A stretch of 64,000 nucleotides of DNA from Pseudomonadota bacterium. Lineage in GTDB: Bacteria; Pseudomonadota; Gammaproteobacteria; Pseudomonadales; Cellvibrionaceae. The notes under the pieces were generated by a model. It worked only from the letters and a program-made list of their open reading frames with translations. It did not search any database and was not told where the DNA came from. Below, piece by piece: positions 10,528-23,100 of this stretch (position 1 is the first letter of the stretch; the number at the start of each line of letters is the position of its first letter). The position numbers were made by a program, and so were the translations under genes. Location: the NCBI GenBank assembly GCA_040385335.1, contig JAZKHP010000021.1, positions 68,516 to 132,515 on the forward strand. Direction: 5' to 3'.

Positions 10528-12114
10528 GTGATTTCTACTGCTAATATCACCATGCAATTTGGCGCCAAGCCACTGTTCGAAAACGTCTCAGTAAAGTTTA
10601 ACAACGGTAATCGTTATGGGTTGATCGGTGCCAATGGGTGTGGCAAATCCACCTTTATGAAGATTCTGGGCGGCGATTTGGAGCAATCCGCAGGTCAAGT
10701 GATGCTTGAGCCTAATGTGCGCTTGGGAAAGCTGAAGCAAGATCAGTTTGCCTACGAGAATTTTACCGTGCTGGACACGGTGATCATGGGGCATACCGAA
10801 CTCTGGAGTGTTAAAGAAGAGCGTGACCGGATTTATAACTTGCCCGATATGAGCGAGGCGGATGGCATGGCCGTGGCAGAGCTGGAAGTCCATTTTGCGG
10901 AAATGGACGGTTATACCGCTGAGTCCCGCGCGGGTGAGTTGCTGTTGGGACTGGATATTCCCATAGAGCAGCATAACGGGTTAATGAGTGCAATTGCTCC
11001 AGGCTTTAAACTGCGTGTATTACTCGCTCAAGCGCTCTTTTCAGACCCTGAAGTTTTATTGCTCGACGAACCTACTAACAACCTCGACATCAATACCATC
11101 CGCTGGCTTGAAGGCGTGCTCACTGCGCGTAGCAGCACTATTATTATCATTTCGCATGATCGCCATTTTCTAAACAGTGTATGTACGCACATGGCAGATT
11201 TGGATTATTGTGAGTTACGCGTTTACCCTGGCAATTATGATGATTACATGATGGCGTCGACCCAGGTCCGTGAAAAGCTATTGTCTGAAAATGCAAAAAA
11301 GAAGGCACAAATCACCGAGCTGCAAAGTTTCGTTAGCCGTTTTTCTGCTAACGCATCCAAAGCTAAACAGGCAACGTCACGGGCGAAGCAAATCGATAAA
11401 ATTCAATTGGATGATGTTAAACCCTCTAGCCGAGTTAGCCCTTATATTCGCTTTAATCAAAACAAAAAATTGCATCGCCAGGCAGTCACCCTGGAAGGTG
11501 TAACTAAGGGTTATGACCGCACTCTATTTAGCACTTTTAATATGCAAGTCGATGCTGGCGAACGTATTGCAATTATCGGCCCCAATGGTGCCGGTAAAAC
11601 CACCTTGTTGCGTTGTTTGTATGGCGATGTAACTCCCGATGCCGGCACCATTAAATGGGCAGAGCAAGCAGAGATAGGATATTTCGGCCAGGATCACGCT
11701 GATGATTTTGCCGATGACAGTAATTTGTTCGACTGGATGAAGCAGTGGACTAAAGGTGATGAGCAACTGGTTCGCGGTGCACTTGGACGCATGTTGTTTT
11801 CCAACGACGAAGTAAAAAAATCCGTAAAAGTTATTTCCGGCGGTGAGCAAGGCCGCATGTTGTTTGGTAAATTAAGTTTGATTAATCCTAACGTATTATT
11901 AATGGATGAACCAACGAATCACCTGGATATGGAATCTATAGAGGCGCTTAACCTGGCGCTTGAAAATTACCCGGGCACGTTAATTTTTGTGAGCCATGAT
12001 CGTGAGTTTGTATCATCACTTGCCACGCGTATTATTGATATGCAGCCAAATGGTTTGGTAGATTTCAGTGGCAGTTATGAAGACTATTTACATTCGCAGG
12101 GAATCGAGGCTTAA
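10528..12114 (+). CDS. ybiT: ABC-F family ATPase YbiT
   Basis: N-terminus '[45 protein letters not shown]' is recognisably YbiT. Two NBDs, no TM segments. Confidence 0.92.
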   Translation: MISTANITMQFGAKPLFENVSVKFNNGNRYGLIGANGCGKSTFMKILGGDLEQSAGQVMLEPNVRLGKLKQDQFAYENFTVLDTVIMGHTELWSVKEERDRIYNLPDMSEADGMAVAELEVHFAEMDGYTAESRAGELLLGLDIPIEQHNGLMSAIAPGFKLRVLLAQALFSDPEVLLLDEPTNNLDINTIRWLEGVLTARSSTIIIISHDRHFLNSVCTHMADLDYCELRVYPGNYDDYMMASTQVREKLLSENAKKKAQITELQSFVSRFSANASKAKQATSRAKQIDKIQLDDVKPSSRVSPYIRFNQNKKLHRQAVTLEGVTKGYDRTLFSTFNMQVDAGERIAIIGPNGAGKTTLLRCLYGDVTPDAGTIKWAEQAEIGYFGQDHADDFADDSNLFDWMKQWTKGDEQLVRGALGRMLFSNDEVKKSVKVISGGEQGRMLFGKLSLINPNVLLMDEPTNHLDMESIEALNLALENYPGTLIFVSHDREFVSSLATRIIDMQPNGLVDFSGSYEDYLHSQGIEA

Positions 12115-12122
12115 CTATAAGG

Positions 12123-12161
12123 TTTTCAGGTTGAGCGTTGTTGTTACGCTCAACCTGAAAA
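12123..12161. terminator. Probable bidirectional intrinsic terminator between convergent ybiT and the sensor kinase
   Basis: Perfect 16-bp inverted repeat TTTTCAGGTTGAGCGT / ACGCTCAACCTGAAAA with a 7-nt loop. Confidence 0.75.
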
Positions 12162-12163
12162 TG

Positions 12164-15100
12164 TCAGGTATTCGTTTTGGACATTAGCTCCTTTAGCGTT
12201 GCGTGTAAAAAATTTTTATTAATGGGTTTAAGTTGAATACTTGAGTTACCTATTTTTTCATTCGCTTGAAGCTCTTTGTCGGTAATATTTGCCGTTAAAA
12301 AAAGTATTGGAAGTTTCTGTAACCTGCTATCGCCGCGAATTTTTTCTGCCACTTCAAAACCATTCATCTTCGGCATATTTACGTCCAAAACGATGATGGC
12401 GATGTCGGTATTTTGTTCTAATGCATCCAAAGCCATAGCGCCGTCATAAGCGGTAATAACAGCATAGCCACCGAGTTTCATTAGCTGCTGTAGGATCATG
12501 CAATTAACAGGATCGTCGTCAGCGATCAACGCTTGAATGAGTTCCGTCTCTTCTGTGTTAGCTTCTATTGCAGTGTTATCAGGTGAGGCTGCAGTAACAA
12601 CCTTGCTTGCGGTAAATGACGTTTGCTCTGCTATTTCTTCGCTCTCATCTTCTTGTAAGCTTTCGATATTAACTTGAGAAAGTTGCACTCTGGTTTCTGC
12701 ATAGGGAAAGGATAAAACAAAGCGCGACCCCATTCCTATGGCTGAGGTAACGCGGATATCGCCGTGGTGGCGTTCAATAAGATGACGGGTTACAGTCAGG
12801 CCAAGACCTGTCCCACCCGCGCGGCGATTGGCCGACGACTCCAGTTGGCTAAATGGATTAAATAAACGCGCCAGATCGACTTCATCCATGCCAATCCCGC
12901 TGTCCTGTACTATTAAAATAAAATGATCATCAAGTATTTCGCTGCTAATAATGACTTGGCCGTTATCGGAATATTTTATGGCATTGCTTACCAAATTAAT
13001 TAAAATTTGTTCCATGCGATTGGCGTCTGCATATAAGAACTTAGCCGAGCTGCTGATATTGTTAATTAATTCCAAGTTTTTATTTTTTTTCAAGATAGCG
13101 GTGATTTCAAAAATTTGTTTCACCATGCGATTAATATCGACAAGGCTTTTATACAGCTCAATGTGTTGGTCTGCCATTTTTGAATAATCTAAAATATCAT
13201 TGATCAAGCTACTCAAGCGTTTTCCACTGGAGATAATCAATTGAATTTTTTCACGCTGGCTTTTTGATGCTCCGCTACTTTCGCGTGCTAAAGCTTCTGC
13301 CATACCAACCATGCCGTGAATAGGGGTACGCAACTCATGGGATGTGTTGGCTAGAAAAGCATCTTTAATTTCGCTTAATTTCAGTAATTCATTATTCAGT
13401 TCCTTGTTTTTTTCATGCTCTATTTTTTCAATTTTATACCTATAAAAAAATGTTATCACAAACGCTGCGAGTAGCGCGTAGAGTGCATAAGCCCAGAGTG
13501 TTCGCCATAGGGGGGGGAGGATGTGAATATTTACGCTTGCTGTTTTCTCGCTCCATAAACCTTCAGCGTTAGTCGCCTTAACACGAAAAACGTAATCCCC
13601 TGGTGGTATGTTAGTAAAGGTTGCACTGTGACTGGAACCTATTTCATTCCAGTTCTTATCAAACCCTTCCAGTAAGTATGCATAGCGATTCCAATTGGGC
13701 AAATGATAACTTAATGCCGCAAAATCAAATGCAAACATGTTGTCTTGATGTTGCAGTTCTATCGTCTGAGTTTGTGAGATATCGTCTTTTAGAATTTTGT
13801 TATCGTGATCAGCATGGATGGCTTTATTGGAGACTTTTAATCGTGTGATATAAATGGGGAAATCATGTTGCTTATAATCCAGGGTTTCGGGTTTGAATAG
13901 GCTAAAACCTTCTGTTCCGCCGCTATAAAAAAAACCATCGCGAGATAGCATATTAGCACCACGATTAATTGTTGTTGCTAATATGCCTTGGCTCTGATTA
14001 AACTTTTTAATCGCAAATGTCTCGCCATCAATAAGCGCTAAACCTAACAGCGTCCCGGCCCAAATGTTACCCATCGCATCTTCTGTCAATGCAGTAACAT
14101 GCGCGCTGGGTAAGCCTTGCTTTACTGTTAACTGCATAAATTCTTCCGTAACCGGGTCGCGAACGAATACACCTTCGTCTATTGTAGATACCCAGAGCCG
14201 CTGCTTTTTATCTAACAATAATGCCCACAGGCGTTGTGATGGAATAGTTTTGCGGTTACCTTTTTGTCCGCTGTAATGTTTGACCTCCCCAGTTTTTGGT
14301 TGGTAATAATCCAAACCGTCCGCACCGGACAACCAGTAATTTTGTGATTGGTCTTGCAGCATGTCGTAAAAATGTGTACTGGAAACACTTCTGGCAGGAT
14401 CATCGGTTGGCATGAGGGCGGTAAATTGTTCGGTGCTAAAATCAAAATAATTCATACCTCCATTTTGTGTCGCTATCCACAACCCTTTATCGCCATCTAA
14501 AATAAAATTCCAAATAATGTTTGTATTTAATTTGCCTTTTTCTCGAGAAGCTAAAAAGTGTTTACTTTCTTGCGTGGCAAAATTTACTCGATAAATGCCA
14601 TGGTTCCAGGTCCCGATCCAATAATAACCGGAAGCGTCTTTGGTGATTGCGGTTATGGGTTGTATTGGCAATGAAAAGGTAGAATTATTATCTGAAAGGT
14701 TTGTAATTTGTTGCGTTTTCGGGTTGAAACGATTTAACCCTTTTTCTGTCCCCACTAACACAGTGCCATCATCCTCCTCAAAAAAACTTAGGATTCCGTT
14801 GTCGTTGAGTTGATTGCTAGAATATTTGAACGACTTACGATAATTTTGTACTGCTTTATTTTTATGATGATAAAAATGAATACCTGAGGGGTAAGTGGTC
14901 ACCCATAAATTTTTTTGGCGATCTTCAAAAACTGTTATAGCTTTGTCACTACTGAGGCTGTAAGGATTAGAATCTTCGTAGTATTGGTATTCAAATTTTC
15001 CCGTGTCGCGGTTGTACTGAGCTAAGCCGCCCTTGTCACCGTTATCTATACCAAACCACAGGTTATCGTGACTGTCGCGGAGAATATTCCAAACCGTAGC

Positions 15101-15925
15101 TGTACCTATTCCTGTTTTATCGTCGACAAAATGTTCGCGCGCTCCAGTTTCTATATTATATCGCTCAACACCTTGTCCGAAATAACCGATCCAGAGTTGT
15201 CCATCGACATCTTCAACGATGCTTTGGGCGTTACGAGCTTCAGCAACGCCGCTAACATTCATGGAGTTTATATGGCCGAATTGCGCTTGTTTAATATCAA
15301 ACTTTACTACACCCAAATTGCGAGTCCCTAACCAAACTCTATGTTTACTATCAACAAGAATGGTTTGAATCTCGGTGTCGGATGAGTCAAAGCTCGCCTG
15401 CGCGGGTAAGGGATAATAAATTGCTGATGAGCGATTAGCATTTAAAATGAATAAACCACCTTTGCCACCGATCAACAGATTGTGATTGGCATCTTCAGCG
15501 AGTGCCGTGAAGTTTGGATGTATTGGTTCATTGTTATCGGCTAGCGGGAGGCTATATATTTCAAAGTAATTTTTTTGGGCATTGTAACGACAAAGTACCA
15601 TATCAGTCGCTACCCAGAGATCATTTCGTGAATCGAGAAAAATGTCGTTATTATATTGTGCACAGTAACCGTGAGTATCGCCGGGGCTATCGCCATAATA
15701 TTGGAATCCGGTACCCTCATAGCGTGCCAATCTTTCGTGACTTGCAACCCAAATAAATCCGCGACTATCCTCCGCCATATTTTCTACGGCACCTAAGGGT
15801 ACCTCGTTATGATTAATAGTGGCGATGCGTTCAAATGGCATCATCAGAGCGAAGGTGGGTATAGGTAGGAGGGCGAGCAACAGTACGCAGTAGGTTATCG
15901 CGGGCTTGGTAATTCTTTTTTGCAT
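12164..15925 (-). CDS. Hybrid sensor histidine kinase: signal peptide, beta-propeller repeats, Y_Y_Y domain, TM, HisKA, HATPase, receiver
   Basis: Repeated 'D..G.LW(V/I)GT..G' blades; Y_Y_Y 'FTNIPPGDYVFRVKATN'; H-box 'FLANTSHELRTP'; G-boxes 'DSGIGM', 'GGTGLGL'; REC 'ADDDPVN...LDVNMPKMNG...KP'. ATG at 15925 (MQKRITK) precedes a signal peptide. Confidence 0.9.
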   Translation of the reverse strand: MQKRITKPAITYCVLLLALLPIPTFALMMPFERIATINHNEVPLGAVENMAEDSRGFIWVASHERLARYEGTGFQYYGDSPGDTHGYCAQYNNDIFLDSRNDLWVATDMVLCRYNAQKNYFEIYSLPLADNNEPIHPNFTALAEDANHNLLIGGKGGLFILNANRSSAIYYPLPAQASFDSSDTEIQTILVDSKHRVWLGTRNLGVVKFDIKQAQFGHINSMNVSGVAEARNAQSIVEDVDGQLWIGYFGQGVERYNIETGAREHFVDDKTGIGTATVWNILRDSHDNLWFGIDNGDKGGLAQYNRDTGKFEYQYYEDSNPYSLSSDKAITVFEDRQKNLWVTTYPSGIHFYHHKNKAVQNYRKSFKYSSNQLNDNGILSFFEEDDGTVLVGTEKGLNRFNPKTQQITNLSDNNSTFSLPIQPITAITKDASGYYWIGTWNHGIYRVNFATQESKHFLASREKGKLNTNIIWNFILDGDKGLWIATQNGGMNYFDFSTEQFTALMPTDDPARSVSSTHFYDMLQDQSQNYWLSGADGLDYYQPKTGEVKHYSGQKGNRKTIPSQRLWALLLDKKQRLWVSTIDEGVFVRDPVTEEFMQLTVKQGLPSAHVTALTEDAMGNIWAGTLLGLALIDGETFAIKKFNQSQGILATTINRGANMLSRDGFFYSGGTEGFSLFKPETLDYKQHDFPIYITRLKVSNKAIHADHDNKILKDDISQTQTIELQHQDNMFAFDFAALSYHLPNWNRYAYLLEGFDKNWNEIGSSHSATFTNIPPGDYVFRVKATNAEGLWSEKTASVNIHILPPLWRTLWAYALYALLAAFVITFFYRYKIEKIEHEKNKELNNELLKLSEIKDAFLANTSHELRTPIHGMVGMAEALARESSGASKSQREKIQLIISSGKRLSSLINDILDYSKMADQHIELYKSLVDINRMVKQIFEITAILKKNKNLELINNISSSAKFLYADANRMEQILINLVSNAIKYSDNGQVIISSEILDDHFILIVQDSGIGMDEVDLARLFNPFSQLESSANRRAGGTGLGLTVTRHLIERHHGDIRVTSAIGMGSRFVLSFPYAETRVQLSQVNIESLQEDESEEIAEQTSFTASKVVTAASPDNTAIEANTEETELIQALIADDDPVNCMILQQLMKLGGYAVITAYDGAMALDALEQNTDIAIIVLDVNMPKMNGFEVAEKIRGDSRLQKLPILFLTANITDKELQANEKIGNSSIQLKPINKNFLHATLKELMSKTNT

Positions 15926-16178
15926 ATTGCTAAAATAAACTGTAAAAATTTTTCTTATACTCGATTGTGAATTACTTGCTATTGTTAAATAAGAAAGCTG
16001 CAATTTATATGGATGTGTGAATCCTGGATGGAGGTTATGCACCCTCGCTGCAGCAGTCAATTTCGTCAGTAGAAGTATAGGTGCACTCTCTAAAAACGTA
16101 TTTTTTTCGTCAAAAAACTCTGCCAGGTCAGCTAGTTTATCTCCTGGTGTTTAAAATCGGCCATATTCTTTTGCTCTG

Positions 16179-16279
16179 TTGAACAAGAAGCCAGCTTCCC
16201 CCAATTGATTTGCATCAACATTTCAGCGATTCCTTTTTTTAGCCCGGATTTATGCTTGAAATGAGCCTTCCTGCCCCAA
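16179..16279 (+). promoter_or_regulatory. Two tandem candidate sigma-32 promoters for clpB
   Basis: TTGAA(16179)-N15-CCCCAA(16199) and CTTGAA(16255)-N13-CCCCAA(16274) resemble the RpoH consensus CTTGAA-N13-17-CCCCAT, upstream of a heat-shock gene. Confidence 0.5.
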
Positions 16280-16317
16280 CGTCTGTGTCAGCCGTTAATA
16301 CTTACATAGAGGTTACA

Positions 16318-18975
16318 ATGCGTATCGATCGTTTAACCAATCAATTGCAACTTGCGTTGTCGGATGCCCAGTCCCTCGCCTTGGGGCGCGACCATAGTCA
16401 GCTTGAATCAATTCATTTGCTTATGGCGTTACTTGAGCAAAAAGGTGCCGCCAGTGTACGTTTATTATTAACCAAGGCGGGATTTGATGTTGCCGGGCTG
16501 CGGGTTGCGGTGGAGCAACACTTGGAAAATCTACCACGTATAAAAAATCCCACAGGCGAAATTGGAATGGCGCAAGAGCTGGCGCGTCTATTAAATTTAG
16601 CGGATAGGCGCGCACAAAAAATTGGCGATAAATTTGTCTCCAGCGATTTGGTTTTACTTACGGCGGTGAGCGACACTGAAAATACCGTGGGCGAGTTATT
16701 GAAAAAGTTTGGTAATGTGCAGCGCCTGGAGCAAGCTATTACCAAAGTGCGTGATGGTGAAACCGTTGATGACGCCGATGCCGAAGGCAATCGTCAGGCA
16801 TTGGAAAAATATACGATAGATTTAACTGCGCGGGCTGAGGCCGGTAAGCTTGACCCGGTGATAGGTCGCGACGATGAAATTCGCCGGACTATTCAAGTCT
16901 TGCAACGCCGCACTAAAAATAATCCGGTCCTCATTGGTGAGCCAGGTGTAGGTAAAACCGCCATAGTTGAAGGTTTGGCACAACGTATTATTAATGGTGA
17001 AGTGCCTGAAGGTCTAAAAAACAAACGCTTGTTATCGCTGGATTTAGGCGCTTTACTCGCCGGTGCAAAATTTCGTGGTGATTTTGAAGAGCGCTTGAAA
17101 GCAGTCATCAACGAATTGGGCAAACAAGAAGGCCGCATCATTTTATTTATCGACGAAATCCACACTATGGTGGGCGCCGGCAAAGCCGAGGGTGCGCTGG
17201 ATGCAGGCAATATGCTCAAGCCCGCATTGGCACGCGGTGACTTGCATTGTGTCGGCGCTACTACTCTGGATGAATATCGAAAATATATTGAAAAAGATGC
17301 AGCGCTGGAACGGCGTTTTCAAAAAGTGCAAGTCGATGAACCTAATGAGTCAGACACCATTGCAATTTTACGTGGCCTGAAAGAACGTTACGAAGTTCAT
17401 CACGGAGTCGATATCACTGACTCCGCCATTATTGCTGCCGCAAAATTATCCCAGCGCTATATTACTGACCGCCAATTGCCAGACAAGGCAATCGATTTGA
17501 TTGACGAAGCTGCCAGTCGCATTCGGATGGAAATAGATTCCAAGCCCGAAGAAATGGATCGCCTTGAACGGCGTTTAATTCAATTGAAGATTGAACGTGA
17601 AGCAGTGAAAAAAGATGAAGACGAAGCAAGTAAAAAGCGTCTCGCTAAAATTAATTTGGATATCGAAAAATTCGAGCGTGAATATGGCGATCTCGAAGAA
17701 ATTTGGCGCACCGAAAAAGCCGCATTACAAGGCTCACAGGAAATTAAAAGCCAGTTAGAGCAGGCGCGCCTAGAATTGGAAGAGAAGCGCCGTAAGGGCG
17801 ATTTGGCGCGGATGTCGGAATTGCAATATGGAATTATTCCGCAGTTAGAAAAACAGTTGGATATGGCTGGCCAGGCCGAAATGATGGATATGAAACTGCT
17901 GCGCAATAAAGTCACTGAAGAAGAAATCGCTGAAGTGGTTTCCAAGTGGACCGGTATTCCGGTGTCAAAAATGCTGGAAGGCGAACGTGATAAATTATTG
18001 CGTATGGAAGATGCATTGCATAAGCGCGTCATCGGCCAGCACGAAGCCGTGGTTGCAGTTGCCAATGCCGTGCGTCGTTCACGTGCAGGTTTATCTGATC
18101 CGCATCGTCCGAATGGTTCTTTTTTGTTTTTAGGCCCAACGGGTGTGGGTAAAACAGAATTATGTAAATCGCTCGCTGAATTTCTCTTTGATTCTGCAGA
18201 CGCTATGGTGCGCATCGATATGTCGGAGTTTATGGAGAAGCATTCGGTCGCTCGTTTAATTGGTGCCCCACCAGGATATGTTGGGTATGAAGAGGGTGGA
18301 TATTTAACGGAAGCCGTACGCCGTAAACCCTATGCCGTGTTATTGCTGGATGAAATTGAAAAAGCGCATCCCGACGTATTCAATATTTTATTGCAAGTGT
18401 TAGATGATGGGCGTCTAACAGATGGCCATGGTCGCACCGTGGATTTTCGCAATACAGTCATAGTAATGACATCTAATTTAGGTTCTGATCGCATTCAGGA
18501 ATTAGCGGAAGATAAATCTTTTGACACCGTCAGTTTTGATAATTTTGTTTCAGGCGACATGAATAATTCGCTCAATAATGAGAATCGCTACAACGCTATG
18601 AAAGAGGCAGTCATGGAGGTCGTCAGCGGGCATTTCCGTCCTGAATTCCTCAATCGTATTGATGAAGTCGTGGTGTTTCACCCACTTGCACGCGAACAAA
18701 TTCGTGGCATTGCTGATATCCAATTGGACTTATTACGCAAGCGTTTGGCTGAGCGCGATTTAAGTTTGGATTTAAGTGAAGCAGCGATGAATAAATTATC
18801 GATCGCTGGGTTTGATCCGGTGTATGGCGCAAGGCCATTGAAGCGTGCTATTCAGCAACAAATAGAAAATCCGCTAGCGCAAGATATTCTTTCAGGTAAA
18901 TTTTTACCGGGAACGATTATTTATGGTGAAGTCCTGGGCGATAAATTGGTTTTTGCTGCGAAAAAATTACAGTAA
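16318..18975 (+). CDS. clpB: ATP-dependent chaperone ClpB
   Basis: '[21 protein letters not shown]' start with GAGG RBS; two AAA+ modules ([16 protein letters not shown]), coiled-coil middle domain, 'GARPLKR'. Confidence 0.97.
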   Translation: MRIDRLTNQLQLALSDAQSLALGRDHSQLESIHLLMALLEQKGAASVRLLLTKAGFDVAGLRVAVEQHLENLPRIKNPTGEIGMAQELARLLNLADRRAQKIGDKFVSSDLVLLTAVSDTENTVGELLKKFGNVQRLEQAITKVRDGETVDDADAEGNRQALEKYTIDLTARAEAGKLDPVIGRDDEIRRTIQVLQRRTKNNPVLIGEPGVGKTAIVEGLAQRIINGEVPEGLKNKRLLSLDLGALLAGAKFRGDFEERLKAVINELGKQEGRIILFIDEIHTMVGAGKAEGALDAGNMLKPALARGDLHCVGATTLDEYRKYIEKDAALERRFQKVQVDEPNESDTIAILRGLKERYEVHHGVDITDSAIIAAAKLSQRYITDRQLPDKAIDLIDEAASRIRMEIDSKPEEMDRLERRLIQLKIEREAVKKDEDEASKKRLAKINLDIEKFEREYGDLEEIWRTEKAALQGSQEIKSQLEQARLELEEKRRKGDLARMSELQYGIIPQLEKQLDMAGQAEMMDMKLLRNKVTEEEIAEVVSKWTGIPVSKMLEGERDKLLRMEDALHKRVIGQHEAVVAVANAVRRSRAGLSDPHRPNGSFLFLGPTGVGKTELCKSLAEFLFDSADAMVRIDMSEFMEKHSVARLIGAPPGYVGYEEGGYLTEAVRRKPYAVLLLDEIEKAHPDVFNILLQVLDDGRLTDGHGRTVDFRNTVIVMTSNLGSDRIQELAEDKSFDTVSFDNFVSGDMNNSLNNENRYNAMKEAVMEVVSGHFRPEFLNRIDEVVVFHPLAREQIRGIADIQLDLLRKRLAERDLSLDLSEAAMNKLSIAGFDPVYGARPLKRAIQQQIENPLAQDILSGKFLPGTIIYGEVLGDKLVFAAKKLQ

Positions 18976-19039
18976 AAACTAAAATTAATATTGTAACTAT
19001 TTCAGGTTTTTAGCTTTCCAGATAGGGCAGTGGTAAATA

Positions 19040-19069
19040 AAAAAGGCCGTCATACTAGACGGCCTTTTT
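19040..19069. terminator. Bidirectional intrinsic terminator downstream of clpB
   Basis: AAAAAGGCCGTC-atacta-GACGGCCTTTTT, with A and T tracts on both sides. Confidence 0.8.
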
Positions 19070-19088
19070 GTGTCGATTAAATATTTAA

Positions 19089-19499
19089 TTAGTTACAGCT
19101 CTCTTCAATCGCTTTATTTGCCTCGCCGATTTTTTGTTTTTGTTCGTCCGGCGTTAAATAACGAAATTCGCCATTTTCTTCTTTCACTTTAATGCGAGCA
19201 AAGGTTTTCAAAGTGTCCAGATTTTTGCGAGCATTGGCACAGCGCTCGGGATCTTTTAATGAGGCCTTGGCAGCAGCAGAGGAATTGGTATTGGCTGTAG
19301 AGGCGGACGCAGTGGGAGTTACCGGGTCGCTATGTCCTGTTTTCGGTATGATCACTTCATTTTTAACATTCGCAGCCGGATGCTGGCTGTAATGAGTCAC
19401 TCCTTTAGCATCCGTCCATTTATAAAGTTTATCTGCCATTGCTTGATTGAATGCCAGAGCAAAGCAGAAGCTGATTACAAAAGGAATGGTGGATTTCAT
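19089..19499 (-). CDS. DUF4124-family secreted protein
   Basis: Signal peptide followed by 'LYKWTDAKGVTHYSQHP'. Confidence 0.8.
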   Translation of the reverse strand: MKSTIPFVISFCFALAFNQAMADKLYKWTDAKGVTHYSQHPAANVKNEVIIPKTGHSDPVTPTASASTANTNSSAAAKASLKDPERCANARKNLDTLKTFARIKVKEENGEFRYLTPDEQKQKIGEANKAIEESCN

Positions 19500-20195
19500 A
19501 GTAAGAACTCGTAGATACAAAGTGTTTAGTGAGCAGGTGATGAGAGAACTATAGCGCTAATAAGCCCTTAGCGAAACCTGGGTGTTATAAAGTGAGTGGT
19601 TATTCTCATTGCTTCCTCAGACGCCTTGTTGTTTAAGTTTTGGCCATTAAGGGGTTTGTGTTCAAGAGTCTAGCCTCCTTTAGTAAAATAATTTGACCGC
19701 TACAATAATGAGTGTGTTATGAATTCTCCATTTCAATATCATCGCTCCTTTTGTTATTTCCTATTTTGAAATTATTAGTAGGTTACACCTAAGTGGAATT
19801 GGCGTTAGACAAGTTTTACTACTAGACTGGATTCTGTAACTTAGCGCCACTTTTGGCTTCGAGCGAATTGGTGCGATCACCTCCCATTTCAGGGGGGCTA
19901 TTAATGTTGTTTTATCATTATCGAAGAAGGCCGGAAAGTCGCAGATATATGAAGCTCATTGTTTAATTGCCTACATTTTGTGCATTCGTTTAATGCTGTA
20001 GATAATTTTGGTGGTTTATATGCGATTTAACGTTTCTTTACAAATTGTCGCGTTGACCCTCATGACGATGCAGCTATAGCATTGACGAGCTTTTTGCGGA
20101 GGAAACTTTGCAGCTGGCGGGTTAGCACGCAACTCATGCTACTTTTGGCAAATATTCGATAATAATTAAAATTAATTCACGCAACGGGGTTAGCT

Positions 20196-23100
20196 ATGGT
20201 TTTTCCAAGAAATAATCAGAATGAAACACACACACGCATAAAATTTAAAAAATCAATGCTGGCAATGTGCATTATGGCTGTAGGTGCGCCTTCATTTGCA
20301 CAGGCTCCAGCGGCGGCGCCCAGTGAAAATATTGAAGAGATTGTAATTACTGGTCAGCGTGCAAATCTTCAAAGTGCACAAGAAATCAAAAAGAACGCAA
20401 GTACCTTCGTAGACTCCATTTCATCGGAAGACATAGGATCTTTACCTGATCGTAGCGTGCTTGAGGCTATGTCTCGCATCCCTGGTGTATCTATCGAGCG
20501 TTTTGCTGCTGCAAACGACCCGGATCACTTTGGCGTTGAGGGTTCAGGTGCCGTTATCCGCGGTATGAGTGCTACTCGTTCAGAGTTTAATGGTCGTGAT
20601 TCGTTTACGGCAAATTCTGGTCGTGGCTTAAGTTTCCAGGATGTACCACCAGAATTGATGGCTGGTGTGGATGTTTACAAAAATCAATCTGCTGACATGA
20701 TTGAGGGCGGTATTGGTGGTACGGTGAGTTTGCGTACTCGTAAGCCTTTTGATTCGCCAGAAAGGCTCATAGCATTTAACTTGGACTATTCATACGGCGA
20801 TTTGGCAGAAGCCTGGACGCCAACTGTTTCAGGTTTATTTAGTGATCGCTGGGAAACGTCGGCAGGTGAATTTGGGGTGTTGGTTAATGCTTCAAGTTCA
20901 AAATTAGAAGGTTCTTCAAACGGCTTGCAGAGCGATGCTTATGTTCAATATCTTGATGATTACACTGCTTTTCCTCGAAGATTAGACACCTCAAACACTG
21001 CGGCCGCCAACCACGCTGGTCCAAATGATATCAAGGGTGCAGAACGATTTGCAGAAGCTGGCCAAGGTGTCTGGTTGCCAGGCGGTTCCAATGCTTCAAT
21101 GAAAAATGACGAGCGTGATCGTAAAGGTTTCGCTGCTGCCCTTCAGTGGGAAGACACTGATAAGACTTTCTTAAGCACAACGCAATTTATGCGTTCTGAT
21201 GCACGTTTGAGCTGGACAGAAAATACCATTGGTTACCAATCAGGTTATGACAGACGTCGTAGCATACCGCTTCCTGGTACAGAGTATACCTTTGATGATA
21301 AGGGCTTGTTCCAATCAGGTACTATTACAAATGATGCCGGTTTTGGGTCAAACGGTTGGCGTTCTCGTGATAACGAAAGTACTGATGGTATTCGTATTCC
21401 AACCTATGCGGATTGGGCTAATCCCAATTTGCGTGTTTTCGGTAGCCAATATCAAACAGCAACTCGTGTTAAAGACACTCATACTATAATTGACGATTTT
21501 GCTACTAACTTTAAATGGACTCCTAGTGATACCTGGGAGTTCAGCGTTGACTTGCAATATATTAAAGCAAAAACTGATGACGATGACGCCGGCGCCATGT
21601 TGGCGATGAATGCTATTCAAGCCTATGACACTCGTGGTGACCTTCCAGAACTGGAATTCATTGAGCCTTGGCACGGTGTTCGTGACAACAACATGAAGAT
21701 TGATTGCGGCCTTAAGGGCGGGGAAGTTTGCGCGGATTCTCAAGGTCAAGGCTTATTTGGTGCCGCAGGTGCTGGCGTAAAAGTAGGCGACAACAATTTG
21801 CCAGGTTTCTCTGACGATCCTGCAGGTGATAGCAATTACTTCCAGGACAAAAATTCCTATAACTGGCAGTCTGCAATCGACCACTACGAGCGCTCGGAGG
21901 GCGATTCAAAAGCTGCTCGATTTGACGTTGCATACAATATGGATGGTTTATTCACTCAGGTGAAAGCGGGCATTCGCTACGCTGTCCGCGAACAAACTGT
22001 GCGCTCGACGACTTACAACTGGGGTGCGTTGTTTCCAGTATTCGCAACATCTCCAAAAGGTTTAGGTTGGGTAGATACACCTACCGTTGGTGATTTGAAT
22101 GGTGAGTGGGAATATGTCGACTGGAGTAATTTCCAACGCGGCGAATCCATGACTGTACCTGGTGATGGTTTTTTACATCCGAAGGTATCTTTGCTGAAAG
22201 ATGTCATCAACGGTCGTGAACTACCTGCAGCGTCTGAATACCTCGACAATCCATGGGAGAAAATGGAGAACCGAGTCGGTACTGGCGGTAGTTTATTCCT
22301 TCCCTCTGAAGTTTATATTACAGAAGAAAAGAATAAAGCTGCCTATGTTCGTTTTGATTTTGAAACGGATATTGCCGAGCATACAGTGAAAGGTAACATT
22401 GGTTTACGTTACGTAGAGCTCGATCGTGAGGCACAAGGCGCTACTCAATATCCAAATCTTGTTTCTACAACTCCACCACCAGCTGATGCACCTCCGGTAA
22501 CTGATATTGCGGCTTCTGATGCATATGAGCAGGCTAGAAGAGCCGAAATTGAGGCAATATACGATGCTATGCCTGGAAAGGGGCCTTATACCCCGATTAC
22601 TGATCCTAATTACACTCCTACATCGGTAGAGCGCGCTAGGGCTACAGCACGAGAAAAGGCGGTTAATGAGGGCTTCAAGAACGGCACCACACAAGTTGTT
22701 GGTTTGAATTCTGTTATGACTTATAGAAATACTGCATTTAATTTCTTAAATGAAACTGATGCAGGCTTTGGTAATAATGTCGCTGCGTTGCAAGACGAAT
22801 CTAATACCTATGATGCCTTACTGCCAAGTTTTAACCTGGCTATTAATGTTACTGATGAATTGATAGCACGTTTCGCTGCATCTAAAGCAATAGCGCAGCC
22901 TGATATGGAAGACGTGCGATACACCACGAACTTAAGGGTGTTGAATAATGAAGTGATGAAGACAACCCGAATTACCCCAAACCCGCAGCCGTTTTTACAG
23001 CCCAGAACTGCAACAATTGCTGCTGAAGTACCAGGTTGGGCGGGTGACGCAGGTAATCCAAGTCTCGATCCGATGGAATCAACACAAGTTGACGCATCGT

